From positions 1 through 48,109 of the forward strand of contig JBDTML010000099.1 in the NCBI GenBank assembly GCA_039934255.1: DNA of 48,109 bases, read 5' to 3'. The stretch's first letter is position 1. The number at the start of each line of letters is the position of its first letter. This document shows, one piece after another, positions 26,201 through 33,745 of the stretch. Both the position numbers and the translations under genes were made by a program. Source of the DNA: Acidobacteriota bacterium (GTDB lineage Bacteria > Acidobacteriota > Thermoanaerobaculia > UBA5066). A model generated the notes under the pieces. That model saw nothing but the letters and a program-made list of their open reading frames with translations. It ran no database searches and was not told where the DNA came from.

Positions 26201-26815
26201 GTGAATCCCTCTTCTCATCTCATCCTCGGAATTTCGGGCGCGAGCGGCGCCCGCCTCGGACTGCGTGCCCTTTCGCTCTTCGCGGGCTCCCCGGACGTCG
26301 GCTGCCTTCACCTGGTCGTCTCGCCGCGCGCGCTCCTCGTGGCGCGGACGGAGATCGCCCCCGACATTTCCTCCGCGCCAGCGCTCGTGGATGCCGCGGG
26401 CCTGGACCCGGCGGCGCGCGCGAAGGTCGCGCTCTACCCCGAAAGTGCCGTCGATGCGCCGATCTCGTCGGGTTCTTTTAGGACACGCGGAATGGCCGTC
26501 CTTCCCTGCTCGGCGGGCTCCCTCGCCGCCATCGCGCACGGCACGTCGCGCGGCCTCCTGCAGCGCGCGGCCGACGTCTGCCTGAAGGAGCGGCGCCGGC
26601 TCGTCCTCGGCCTCCGCGAGACGCCACTTTCCCTGATCCACGCCGAGAACATCGCGCTCGTGACGCGCGCGGGCGCGGTCGTCGCGCCGCCCGTTCCGGC
26701 GTTCTACGCGGCCCGCACCGCGGAGCAGATGCTGGACGCGTACCTTCTCCGGGTGGCGGACCTTTTCGACATCCGCGTCGACACGGAAGACTTCCGCTGG
26801 AAGGGCGGAGCGTGA
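26201..26815 (+). CDS. ubiX: UbiX-family flavin prenyltransferase
   Basis: ILGISGASGARLGLRAL, GMAVLPCSAGSLAAIAHGTSRGLLQRAADVCLKERRRLVLGLRETPLS. GTG start. Confidence 0.9.
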   Translation: MNPSSHLILGISGASGARLGLRALSLFAGSPDVGCLHLVVSPRALLVARTEIAPDISSAPALVDAAGLDPAARAKVALYPESAVDAPISSGSFRTRGMAVLPCSAGSLAAIAHGTSRGLLQRAADVCLKERRRLVLGLRETPLSLIHAENIALVTRAGAVVAPPVPAFYAARTAEQMLDAYLLRVADLFDIRVDTEDFRWKGGA

Positions 26816-27657
26816 AGCGGCTTTTCTCCCTCGTCACGTTCTCGCACACGATCTTCGCGCTGCCCTTCGCGCTTCTCTCCGCGGTCCTCGCCGCGGGCGG
26901 CCTGCCACAGGCCGGAACGCTCCTCTGGATCGTCGTCGCGATGGTCGGCGCGCGCTCGGCCGCGATGGCTTTCAACCGCATCGCCGACCGCGAAATCGAC
27001 GCCATGAATCCCCGCACGGAGGGCCGTGACATCCCGGCGGGCCGCGTGTCGGTCGCATCGGCGTCCGTCTTCTGCGCTCTCTCGGCGGCCGTCTTCGTCT
27101 TCGCGGCGTGGCGGCTCAACCCGCTGTGCCTTGCCCTCTCGCCCGTCGCGCTCCTCGTCGTCCTCGGCTACTCCTTCACGAAGCGCCTCACGGCGCTCTC
27201 GCACGTCGTCCTCGGCCTCGGCCTCGCGATCGCGCCCGTCGGGGCGTGGATCGCGGTGACCGGCCGGTTCGCGGCCACGCCGGTCGTGCTCGGCTTCTCG
27301 GTTCTCTTCTGGGTGGCGGGCTTCGACGTGATCTACAGCCTGCAGGACGAGGCGTTCGACCGCGCGCACGGCCTCTTCTCGCTGCCCGCGCGCCTCGGCG
27401 CCCGCCGCGCGCTCGACCTCTCGACGGTCTTCCACGCGCTTTCGCTCGTGCTCCTGTACGGCGTCTTCGTGCTTTCGGGGGGCGGACCGCTCTTCGGCCT
27501 CGGCGTCGTTCTGGCGGGAATCTTTCTCGTCAGGCAGCACGTCCTCGTGTCCCCGAAGGATTTCTCGCGTGTCGACGGAGCCTTCTTCACCGCGAACGGC
27601 TGGCTGTCCGTGGCGGTCTTCCTGTGCGGCGCTCTGGACGTCCTCCTCAGGCGCTAA
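26812..27657 (+). CDS. UbiA-family aromatic polyprenyltransferase (4-hydroxybenzoate polyprenyltransferase-like; possibly MqnP-type)
   Basis: NRIADREIDAMNPRT Asp-rich motif, a second motif YSLQDEAFD, and 8-9 hydrophobic helices. GTG 26812 overlaps the ubiX stop (GTGA). Confidence 0.88.
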   Translation: MKRLFSLVTFSHTIFALPFALLSAVLAAGGLPQAGTLLWIVVAMVGARSAAMAFNRIADREIDAMNPRTEGRDIPAGRVSVASASVFCALSAAVFVFAAWRLNPLCLALSPVALLVVLGYSFTKRLTALSHVVLGLGLAIAPVGAWIAVTGRFAATPVVLGFSVLFWVAGFDVIYSLQDEAFDRAHGLFSLPARLGARRALDLSTVFHALSLVLLYGVFVLSGGGPLFGLGVVLAGIFLVRQHVLVSPKDFSRVDGAFFTANGWLSVAVFLCGALDVLLRR

Positions 27658-27669
27658 ACTCGCCGCCTC

Positions 27670-28332
27670 GTGCCGGCGCCCACCCCGAAGGAATTCCCGC
27701 TTCGCCACATCGCGATCGAAGGCCCGATCGGCGTGGGGAAGACCTCACTCGTGGGTCTCCTTGCGAAGAGGTTCAGCGGCACCCAGATTCTCGAGGACGT
27801 GGCCAATCCGTTCCTCGCGGACTTCTACGCGGGGAAGAAGGGCGCCGCGTTCCAGGCGCAGATCTTCTTCCTGCTCTCGCGATACCGCCAGCAGCAGGAG
27901 ATCGCGCAGATCGACCTCTTCCGGAACCTCGTCATCGCGGATTACACGTTCGCGAAGGACAAGATCTTCGCGTATCTCACGCTGAACGACGCCGAGATCG
28001 CGCTCTACGACAAGCTCTATGCGACCCTCGCCGCGAGCGTGCCCAGGCCCGACCTCGTCGTGCACCTGACCGCGAGCGTCGAGACCTGTCTCGCGCGCAT
28101 CAAGAAGCGCGGCCGGACGTACGAAAAGGCGATCGCGCCCGAGTACCTGAAGTCCCTGGTCGAGGCCTACAACTACTTCTTCTACCACTTCCGGGACTGC
28201 CCGCTCCTCGTGGTGGAGACGAACGAGATCGACTTCGTGGAAAAGAAGGGCGATCTCGAAGACCTCATCGCGCAAATTACGCGCCCGTTCCGTGGGACGC
28301 AGATCTACGTGCCGCGCGGCTCGAGGAAATGA
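27670..28332 (+). CDS. deoxynucleoside kinase
   Basis: P-loop IAIEGPIGVGKTSL, ENPFLADFY-type motif (VANPFLADFY), RIKKRGRTYE LID region. Confidence 0.88.
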   Translation: MPAPTPKEFPLRHIAIEGPIGVGKTSLVGLLAKRFSGTQILEDVANPFLADFYAGKKGAAFQAQIFFLLSRYRQQQEIAQIDLFRNLVIADYTFAKDKIFAYLTLNDAEIALYDKLYATLAASVPRPDLVVHLTASVETCLARIKKRGRTYEKAIAPEYLKSLVEAYNYFFYHFRDCPLLVVETNEIDFVEKKGDLEDLIAQITRPFRGTQIYVPRGSRK

Positions 28333-28677
28333 GAAACAGTCTCTCCAATTTTTCCCTTGCTTTTGCGGGCGTTCTTGTTTCTCATTGATCAATTAATTCT
28401 CGGAGAGTTCGGTGGTCCATTCCCCGACGTCTTCGCCGGCCCTGAGGTTCATGGCCGGAAGGTGTTCTGGTGAAGGTTCTGGTTCAAGGAGGTTCGCCCC
28501 TATTTCCAACCCCCGGGGTCACATCTGGGAAACGGCCCCACCGAAGCCTCCCGAAGTCCCGGAGCCGGTAAAGGTTTCCCTCACCCTAACCCGGCGGTCG
28601 CCGCTCCCCCGGGAACTGCGCCCGCGATTCCCCCATGGTTCTCCGATTTCGAATCGGAAACCTTCTCTGGAGTTCTG

Positions 28678-28965
28678 ATGTACACGGACAAGACCATCCC
28701 CTGTATCGACTGCAGCGCCCCCTTCACGTTCACGGCGAATGAGCAGGAGTTCTACGCCCAGAAGGGCTTCTCGAACGAGCCCAAGCGCTGCAAGAACTGC
28801 CGCGACAAGCGCAAGACCGGCGGTTTCGGAGACGGCGGCGCGCGCCAGCTCTTCGACGTGACGTGCGACGCGTGCGGCAAGACGACCCAGGTCCCGTTCA
28901 ATCCCACGAACGGCAAGCCGGTCTACTGCCGCGACTGCTACCGCGAGCGGCGTCCGGCTCGATAG
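28678..28965 (+). CDS. small double zinc-ribbon protein (zf-trcl-like module plus CxxC-x17-CxxC module)
   Basis: CIDC-x25-CKNC followed by CDAC-x17-CRDC, counted by hand. GGAG at 28669-28672 lies 5 nt before the ATG. Confidence 0.85.
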   Translation: MYTDKTIPCIDCSAPFTFTANEQEFYAQKGFSNEPKRCKNCRDKRKTGGFGDGGARQLFDVTCDACGKTTQVPFNPTNGKPVYCRDCYRERRPAR

Positions 28966-28974
28966 GGGGGTTCG

Positions 28975-29001
28975 GGGGGAAAGGGTAGGACCCTTTCCCC
29001 C
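28975..29001 (+). terminator. strong hairpin after the zinc-ribbon gene (terminator-like, no U-tract)
   Basis: gggggaaaggg (28975-28985) / ccctttccccc (28991-29001), a perfect 11-bp stem with loop tagga. A second hairpin cagcgcg-cta-cgcgctg lies at 29010-29026. Confidence 0.4.
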
Positions 29002-29045
29002 TGGAATTCCAGCGCGCTACGCGCGCTGCTAAAGTCCTTTCCGAA

Positions 29046-29984
29046 ATGGCTGTGCGCGCTGCACGTCCGCTCTTCGTCGCCGATTCCGCGCTGGATCTCA
29101 TCGGTTCGACCCCGATGGTCCGGCTGACGCGTTTCGCGGGGAGCGGGGCGGCCGAGATCCTCGCCAAGTGCGAGTTCCTGAACCCCGGCGGCTCCGTGAA
29201 GGACCGCATCGGCGTCGGAATGATCCGCGACGCGGAGGAGAAGGGCCTCCTGAAACCGGGAGGAACCATCATCGAGCCGACGGCGGGGAATACGGGAGTC
29301 GGGCTGGCGCTCGTGGGCATCGCGCGCGGCTACCGGGTGATTCTCTGCGTGCCGGAGAAATTTTCGGTCGAGAAGCAGAAGGTCATGGCGGCGCTGGGCG
29401 GGACCGTCGTGCAGACGCCGGACGCCCTCGGGATGAAGGGCGCCATCGACAAGGCGCACGCCCTCGCGGCGGAGATCCCGGGCGCATACGTCCCCCAGCA
29501 GTTCTCGAACGCGTCTAATCCGCAGGCGCACTACGACACGACCGGCCCCGAGATCTTCGAGCAGTGCGGCGGCATTCTGGACGCGATCGCGATCGGGGCG
29601 GGCTCGACGGGGACGTTCGTCGGCGTCGCGCGCTTTCTCGCCGAGCGCCTGCCAAACCTCCTCAAGGTCGTCGTCGAGCCGCAGGGTTCGATCCTCGGCG
29701 GAGGGAAGGCCGGCCCGCACAGGGTCGAAGGCATCGGACAGTCGTTCCTTCCGGAGATCTGGGATCCCGCGTTGGTCGACGAGGTGATCGCGATCGACGA
29801 CGAGGAAGCGTTCCTCGCCGTGCGTGAGCTCGCGCGGACGGAGGGTCTCCTGGGGGGCGGCTCCGCCGGATGCAACGTGGCGGCGGCCCGGAAGATCGCG
29901 CGAAGGCTGGGCCCCGGCAAGCGCGTCGTGACGCTCATCCCGGACGGCGCCGAGCGTTACATGAGCCAGGGAATTCTGGGATGA
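29046..29984 (+). CDS. cysteine synthase / cystathionine beta-synthase-type PLP enzyme
   Basis: LIGSTPMVRL, KCEFLNPGGSVKDRIG (PLP lysine), EPTAGNTGVGLA. Confidence 0.9.
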   Translation: MAVRAARPLFVADSALDLIGSTPMVRLTRFAGSGAAEILAKCEFLNPGGSVKDRIGVGMIRDAEEKGLLKPGGTIIEPTAGNTGVGLALVGIARGYRVILCVPEKFSVEKQKVMAALGGTVVQTPDALGMKGAIDKAHALAAEIPGAYVPQQFSNASNPQAHYDTTGPEIFEQCGGILDAIAIGAGSTGTFVGVARFLAERLPNLLKVVVEPQGSILGGGKAGPHRVEGIGQSFLPEIWDPALVDEVIAIDDEEAFLAVRELARTEGLLGGGSAGCNVAAARKIARRLGPGKRVVTLIPDGAERYMSQGILG

Positions 29985-31213
29985 CGAAAAAGAGCGGCAA
30001 GGAGACGATCGTGAAGAAGACCGGGAAGGCGCCCGTGAAATCGAAGGCTCCCGGATTCTCGACGACGTGCATCCACGCGGGGCAGGACCCTGAGCTCGTC
30101 ACCGGCGCCGTCACGGTGCCGATCTTCCAGACCTCCACGTTCGTTCAGGAAGCCTTTGGAAAGCCGCGCCAGGGCTACGAATACGCGCGCACGAAGAACC
30201 CGACGCGCCTCGCGCTGGAGCTGCAGCTCGCCGCGATCGAGGGCGGTGCCGTGGCCCACGCGTTTGCGTCCGGCATGGCCGCCGAGACGACGCTCATGTT
30301 GAGCTTCGTGAAGGCGGGCGACCACGTCCTCGTGAGCCGCAACACGTACGGCGGCACCTACCGCTTCTTCTCGAAGGTCCTCGCGAATTTCGGCGTCACG
30401 TTCGACTACGTCGACACGACGGACGTCGAGACCGTCAAGAAGGCCATCACGCCCGCCACCCGGATGCTGTTCGTCGAGACGCCCACGAATCCGACGATGG
30501 AGATCTCCGATCTCGCCGCTCTCGCGGCGGTCGCGAAGGTCGAGGGCAAGCGGATCGGCGCGAGGATTCGCGTCGTCGTCGACAACACGTTCGCGACGCC
30601 GTATTTCCAGAAACCTCTCGCCCTCGGGTGCGACGTCGTCGTGCACTCCACGACGAAGTACCTGAACGGTCATTCGGACTCGGTAGGCGGCGCGGTGGTC
30701 TGCGCGGATCCGAAGGACGGAGAGAAGATTGGCTTTACCCAGAATGCCGCGGGCGCGATCCTGTCGCCGTTCGACTCCTTCCTCGTCTCCAGGGGCATCA
30801 AGACCCTGCCCGTGCGCATGCGAAAGCACGACGCGAACGGCCGGGAGGTGGCGGCGTGGCTGACGAAGCAGAAGAAGGTGAAGAAGGTCTTCTACCCGGG
30901 CCTGCCCTCGCATCCCGGCCACGCCGTCGCGGCGCGCCAGATGTCCGGCTTCGGCGGCATGATCTCGTTCGACCTCGGTTCGATCGAAGCCGTGAAGCGC
31001 TTTCTCGACCGCGTCGTCGTGTGCGCGCTCGGCGAGTCGCTGGGCGGCGTCGAGAGCCTCATCTCGCACCCCGCGTCGATGACGCACGCGAGCGTCGAGC
31101 CGGAGGAGCGCCTTCGGCGCGGCATCACGCCCGGCCTCGTGCGCGTGTCGGTCGGCATCGAGGACGCCCCGGACATCATCCGGGATCTCGAGGACGCGCT
31201 GTCCGCTGTCTGA
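29981..31213 (+). CDS. Cys/Met-metabolism PLP enzyme (cystathionine gamma-lyase/synthase family)
   Basis: CIHAGQDPELVTGAVTVPIFQTSTF, YARTKNPT, HSTTKYLNGHSD (PLP lysine), SLGGVESLISHPASMTHA. ATG 29981 overlaps the upstream stop (ATGA). Confidence 0.9.
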   Translation: MTKKSGKETIVKKTGKAPVKSKAPGFSTTCIHAGQDPELVTGAVTVPIFQTSTFVQEAFGKPRQGYEYARTKNPTRLALELQLAAIEGGAVAHAFASGMAAETTLMLSFVKAGDHVLVSRNTYGGTYRFFSKVLANFGVTFDYVDTTDVETVKKAITPATRMLFVETPTNPTMEISDLAALAAVAKVEGKRIGARIRVVVDNTFATPYFQKPLALGCDVVVHSTTKYLNGHSDSVGGAVVCADPKDGEKIGFTQNAAGAILSPFDSFLVSRGIKTLPVRMRKHDANGREVAAWLTKQKKVKKVFYPGLPSHPGHAVAARQMSGFGGMISFDLGSIEAVKRFLDRVVVCALGESLGGVESLISHPASMTHASVEPEERLRRGITPGLVRVSVGIEDAPDIIRDLEDALSAV

Positions 31214-31219
31214 TTCCCG

Positions 31220-32032
31220 TCAGGAGGCCCGGCGGAGCAGCCAGGCCCCCCCCGCGGCGAGAACGGCCGCAAGCGCGAGGAGAGCGGGCGTGTCGAGCGC
31301 GGGAACGACCGTCACCGGAGCACCGCCGACGGCGGGGTCGTCGTACGTGACGACGAGGACCGGCCTCGAGGCGGCCTCCGATTGCTCCCGCGACCCGAAG
31401 CGCTTCGCGGTCGGAGCGATCTGGGACTCGTCGATGCGTAGCTGCCAGCCGAAGTTCGTCGCGGGCGCGGCGATCCAGCCCTGCACGTCGGCGAGGAGCG
31501 CCGGAGTGGTCGTCCAGAAATAATTGACGAGGGAGCTGCCGATGAGCGTCGTGGCGCTCGGAGAAGTCAACGTATCCCCCCCCGGGTTCGTCCAGGCCGT
31601 TCCCGGGTAGACGCGCATCGTCCACGTGGGGTCGCCGGCCGTCGCTGGGGCGCCGCTTCCGCCAGGGATGCTGGCGTCCGACGTTCCCTCGCCCCATGCC
31701 GCCGAGACGCGGTAGAGCGACGCGAACACGCTGCCCGAATTCGCGCGCGTGAGGCTCAGCACCACCTGCACGGACGAAACCGTTACGCCGGCCGGAATGC
31801 CCGTGAGGTCGAAGCGCAGGAAGGCTCGTCGAATGCGGTCGGTGGTAGTGCGTCCGGCGAAGAGGCCCGGGCTCTTGGCGTCGCTCGAGTCCCCGTTCTC
31901 TTCGAAGATCGTGGCGTCGGCGACGGGGGGCCGGACCACCGTGACGACTCCGGCCCTGGCGGTCGACGCCGAGAGAAGCCCGACCGCGAGGCAGAGCCGG
32001 GCGACCGAACGGATTTCCCTCTTCTTCTCCAT
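31220..32032 (-). CDS. secreted DNRLRE-domain-like protein with an IPTL-CTERM-like C-terminal sorting tail
   Basis: Signal peptide MEKKREIRSVARLCLAVGLLSASTARA, then ADATIFEENGD...RRAFLRFDLTGIPAGVTVSSVQVVLSL. C-terminus VPALDTPALLALAAVLAAGGAWLLRRAS. The ATG is the complement of cat 32030-32032. Confidence 0.7.
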   Translation of the reverse strand: MEKKREIRSVARLCLAVGLLSASTARAGVVTVVRPPVADATIFEENGDSSDAKSPGLFAGRTTTDRIRRAFLRFDLTGIPAGVTVSSVQVVLSLTRANSGSVFASLYRVSAAWGEGTSDASIPGGSGAPATAGDPTWTMRVYPGTAWTNPGGDTLTSPSATTLIGSSLVNYFWTTTPALLADVQGWIAAPATNFGWQLRIDESQIAPTAKRFGSREQSEAASRPVLVVTYDDPAVGGAPVTVVPALDTPALLALAAVLAAGGAWLLRRAS

Positions 32033-32058
32033 GTTCCAAGAGGAGTGTCGTTCGACCG

Positions 32059-32475
32059 TCACTTCTCCCGGGCGATCTCTTCGTCGTCGGACGAATTCGG
32101 CATTCCGGTGGCGTTTTCGGCCACCCATTTCGCAAAAGCGGGATCGGAAGGGTCGGCCGGGAAGCCGAGGATCTCGGGGAGTTCGTAGGCGTTGAGTTCC
32201 TGCATGACCGTGCGGACACGCTCGAAGTTCCCAGGCACCGTCTTGGCCATGAGGAGGAACTCGCCTTCCTGCTGCACCTCGCCCTTCCACCGGAAGACCG
32301 ATTTGACGCTGGGCAGGATGTTCACGCAGGCCGCGAGGTGGCTCTCGACGAGGTGGTGCGCGATGTCGAGCGCCTGCTCCTCCGTGCCCACGGACGTCAC
32401 GACGACGAGAACGCCAGGCGCCTTGAGCGGAGTCTTCACGCCGACGAAGGTACGGGAGGGCCGCCGCGCCGTCAA
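32059..32475 (-). CDS. cutA: divalent-cation tolerance protein CutA
   Basis: VLVVVTSVGTEEQALDIAHHLVESHLAACVNILPSVKSVFRWKGEVQQEGEFLLMAKT...ELNAYELPEILGFP. The longest ORF uses TTG 32475; an internal GTG about 12 codons downstream is an alternative start. Confidence 0.85.
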   Translation of the reverse strand: MTARRPSRTFVGVKTPLKAPGVLVVVTSVGTEEQALDIAHHLVESHLAACVNILPSVKSVFRWKGEVQQEGEFLLMAKTVPGNFERVRTVMQELNAYELPEILGFPADPSDPAFAKWVAENATGMPNSSDDEEIAREK

Positions 32476-32756
32476 GAGCGTGGTGCCACGAATGGCGCAC
32501 GTCAGAACGCTCGCTCGGCCTTCTCGACTGGCTCCCGTTCATGAGCCAGGACCGACAGCGCCCCTGCGTGGAACGAGTTGAGGAATGCCCTGCGTGTTCC
32601 TGATTTCGAGTCATCACGCCCTCCGGGAGACTCTGGTGGCGCAAGTGGTAGTCCTTGATGTCGTTCATTGGTCGTTGATCCGTGCGGCTCTTGGGGCAGC
32701 ATCACGAGGCGCGCGCCGCGCGCGTGCCGCTCGGCACGGGTATTATTCGGCCACCG

Positions 32757-33701
32757 ATGAGAAACCGCGCGCTGATCTCCGTTCTGGCCGTCCCCATGCT
32801 CCTGTCGCTCGTCGCCTGTGCGAACGCTCCTCCGGCGCAGCCTGCCGCGGCCGCGGCGAAGCCGACCATCGGAGGTCACCTGATGATCGTGGGCGGCGGA
32901 CCGATTCCGCCCGAGATCATCAAGCGGTTCGTCGATCTCGCCGGGGGCCCTGGCAAAGCCCGCATCGTCTGCTTTCCGATGTCGTCGAGCGACCCGGACG
33001 CGGGGATCGAGATGACGGCCGACCTCGTGAAGCTCGGCGCAAAGGCCGAGCGGATCGTCTTCGATCACGCCCAAGCCGACACCGAAGAGGCCGCCAAGCG
33101 CCTCGACGGCGTCACGGGCATCTGGTTCGGCGGCGGGGATCAAGTCCTCTTGACCAAAGCTCTCGGCGGCACGCGCGTGGAAGCCGCGATGCACAAGCTC
33201 CTCGCGGGCGGAGCCGTCCTCGGGGGAACGTCGGCCGGCGCGGCCGTGATGACGACGCCGATGCTGACCGGCGAGGAGAAGAAGGTCGGCGGTGTGCGGC
33301 CGCCGGCCGATTTGAAGAGTCCCCTCGCGGCGTACATGACGGTCGCGCGCGACGACGTCGAGACGGTTACGGGGTTCGGATTCCTGCCGGGCGCCATCGT
33401 GGACCAGCACTTCATCCGGCGCCGCCGGTCAAACCGCCTCCTGAGCGTGGTTCTCGAGCACCCGCAGCTCGTGGGCGTCGGCATCGACGAATCGACCGCC
33501 GTCGAGGTGGGCCCGGACGGGAAGTGGAAAATCCTCGGCGAGAGCGCCGCGATGATCTTCGACGCGCGGAAGGCGCGCATCACGCCCGTCGGCGCGCCGG
33601 CCCTCGGCGCAGCCGGCGTCTCGCTGCTCGTGCTTCCGGCCGGAAGCACGTACGACCCCGCGACCGGAGAGGCGACGCTCGGGGGCTCGCCCGCCCGCTA
33701 A
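32757..33701 (+). CDS. cphE: cyanophycinase (peptidase S51), lipoprotein-type signal
   Basis: MRNRALISVLAVPMLLSLVAC lipobox, then LMIVGGGPIPPEI, GIWFGGGDQ, LGGTSAGAAVM (nucleophile Ser), IVDQHFIRRRRSNRL, GVGIDESTA. The track start at 32682 adds a non-signal extension. Confidence 0.85.
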   Translation: MRNRALISVLAVPMLLSLVACANAPPAQPAAAAAKPTIGGHLMIVGGGPIPPEIIKRFVDLAGGPGKARIVCFPMSSSDPDAGIEMTADLVKLGAKAERIVFDHAQADTEEAAKRLDGVTGIWFGGGDQVLLTKALGGTRVEAAMHKLLAGGAVLGGTSAGAAVMTTPMLTGEEKKVGGVRPPADLKSPLAAYMTVARDDVETVTGFGFLPGAIVDQHFIRRRRSNRLLSVVLEHPQLVGVGIDESTAVEVGPDGKWKILGESAAMIFDARKARITPVGAPALGAAGVSLLVLPAGSTYDPATGEATLGGSPAR

Positions 33702-33745
33702 CGGGACCGAAGGCCGGAGCCGCGAAATCGACTAGTCTCGCCGGC

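Noticed and set aside
28412-28678. 88-aa ORF in the long leader upstream of the zinc-ribbon gene
   Set aside because: Pro/Ser/Arg-rich with no Shine-Dalgarno sequence and no motifs. It is out of frame with the downstream gene, so it is not a TGA read-through or selenoprotein candidate.
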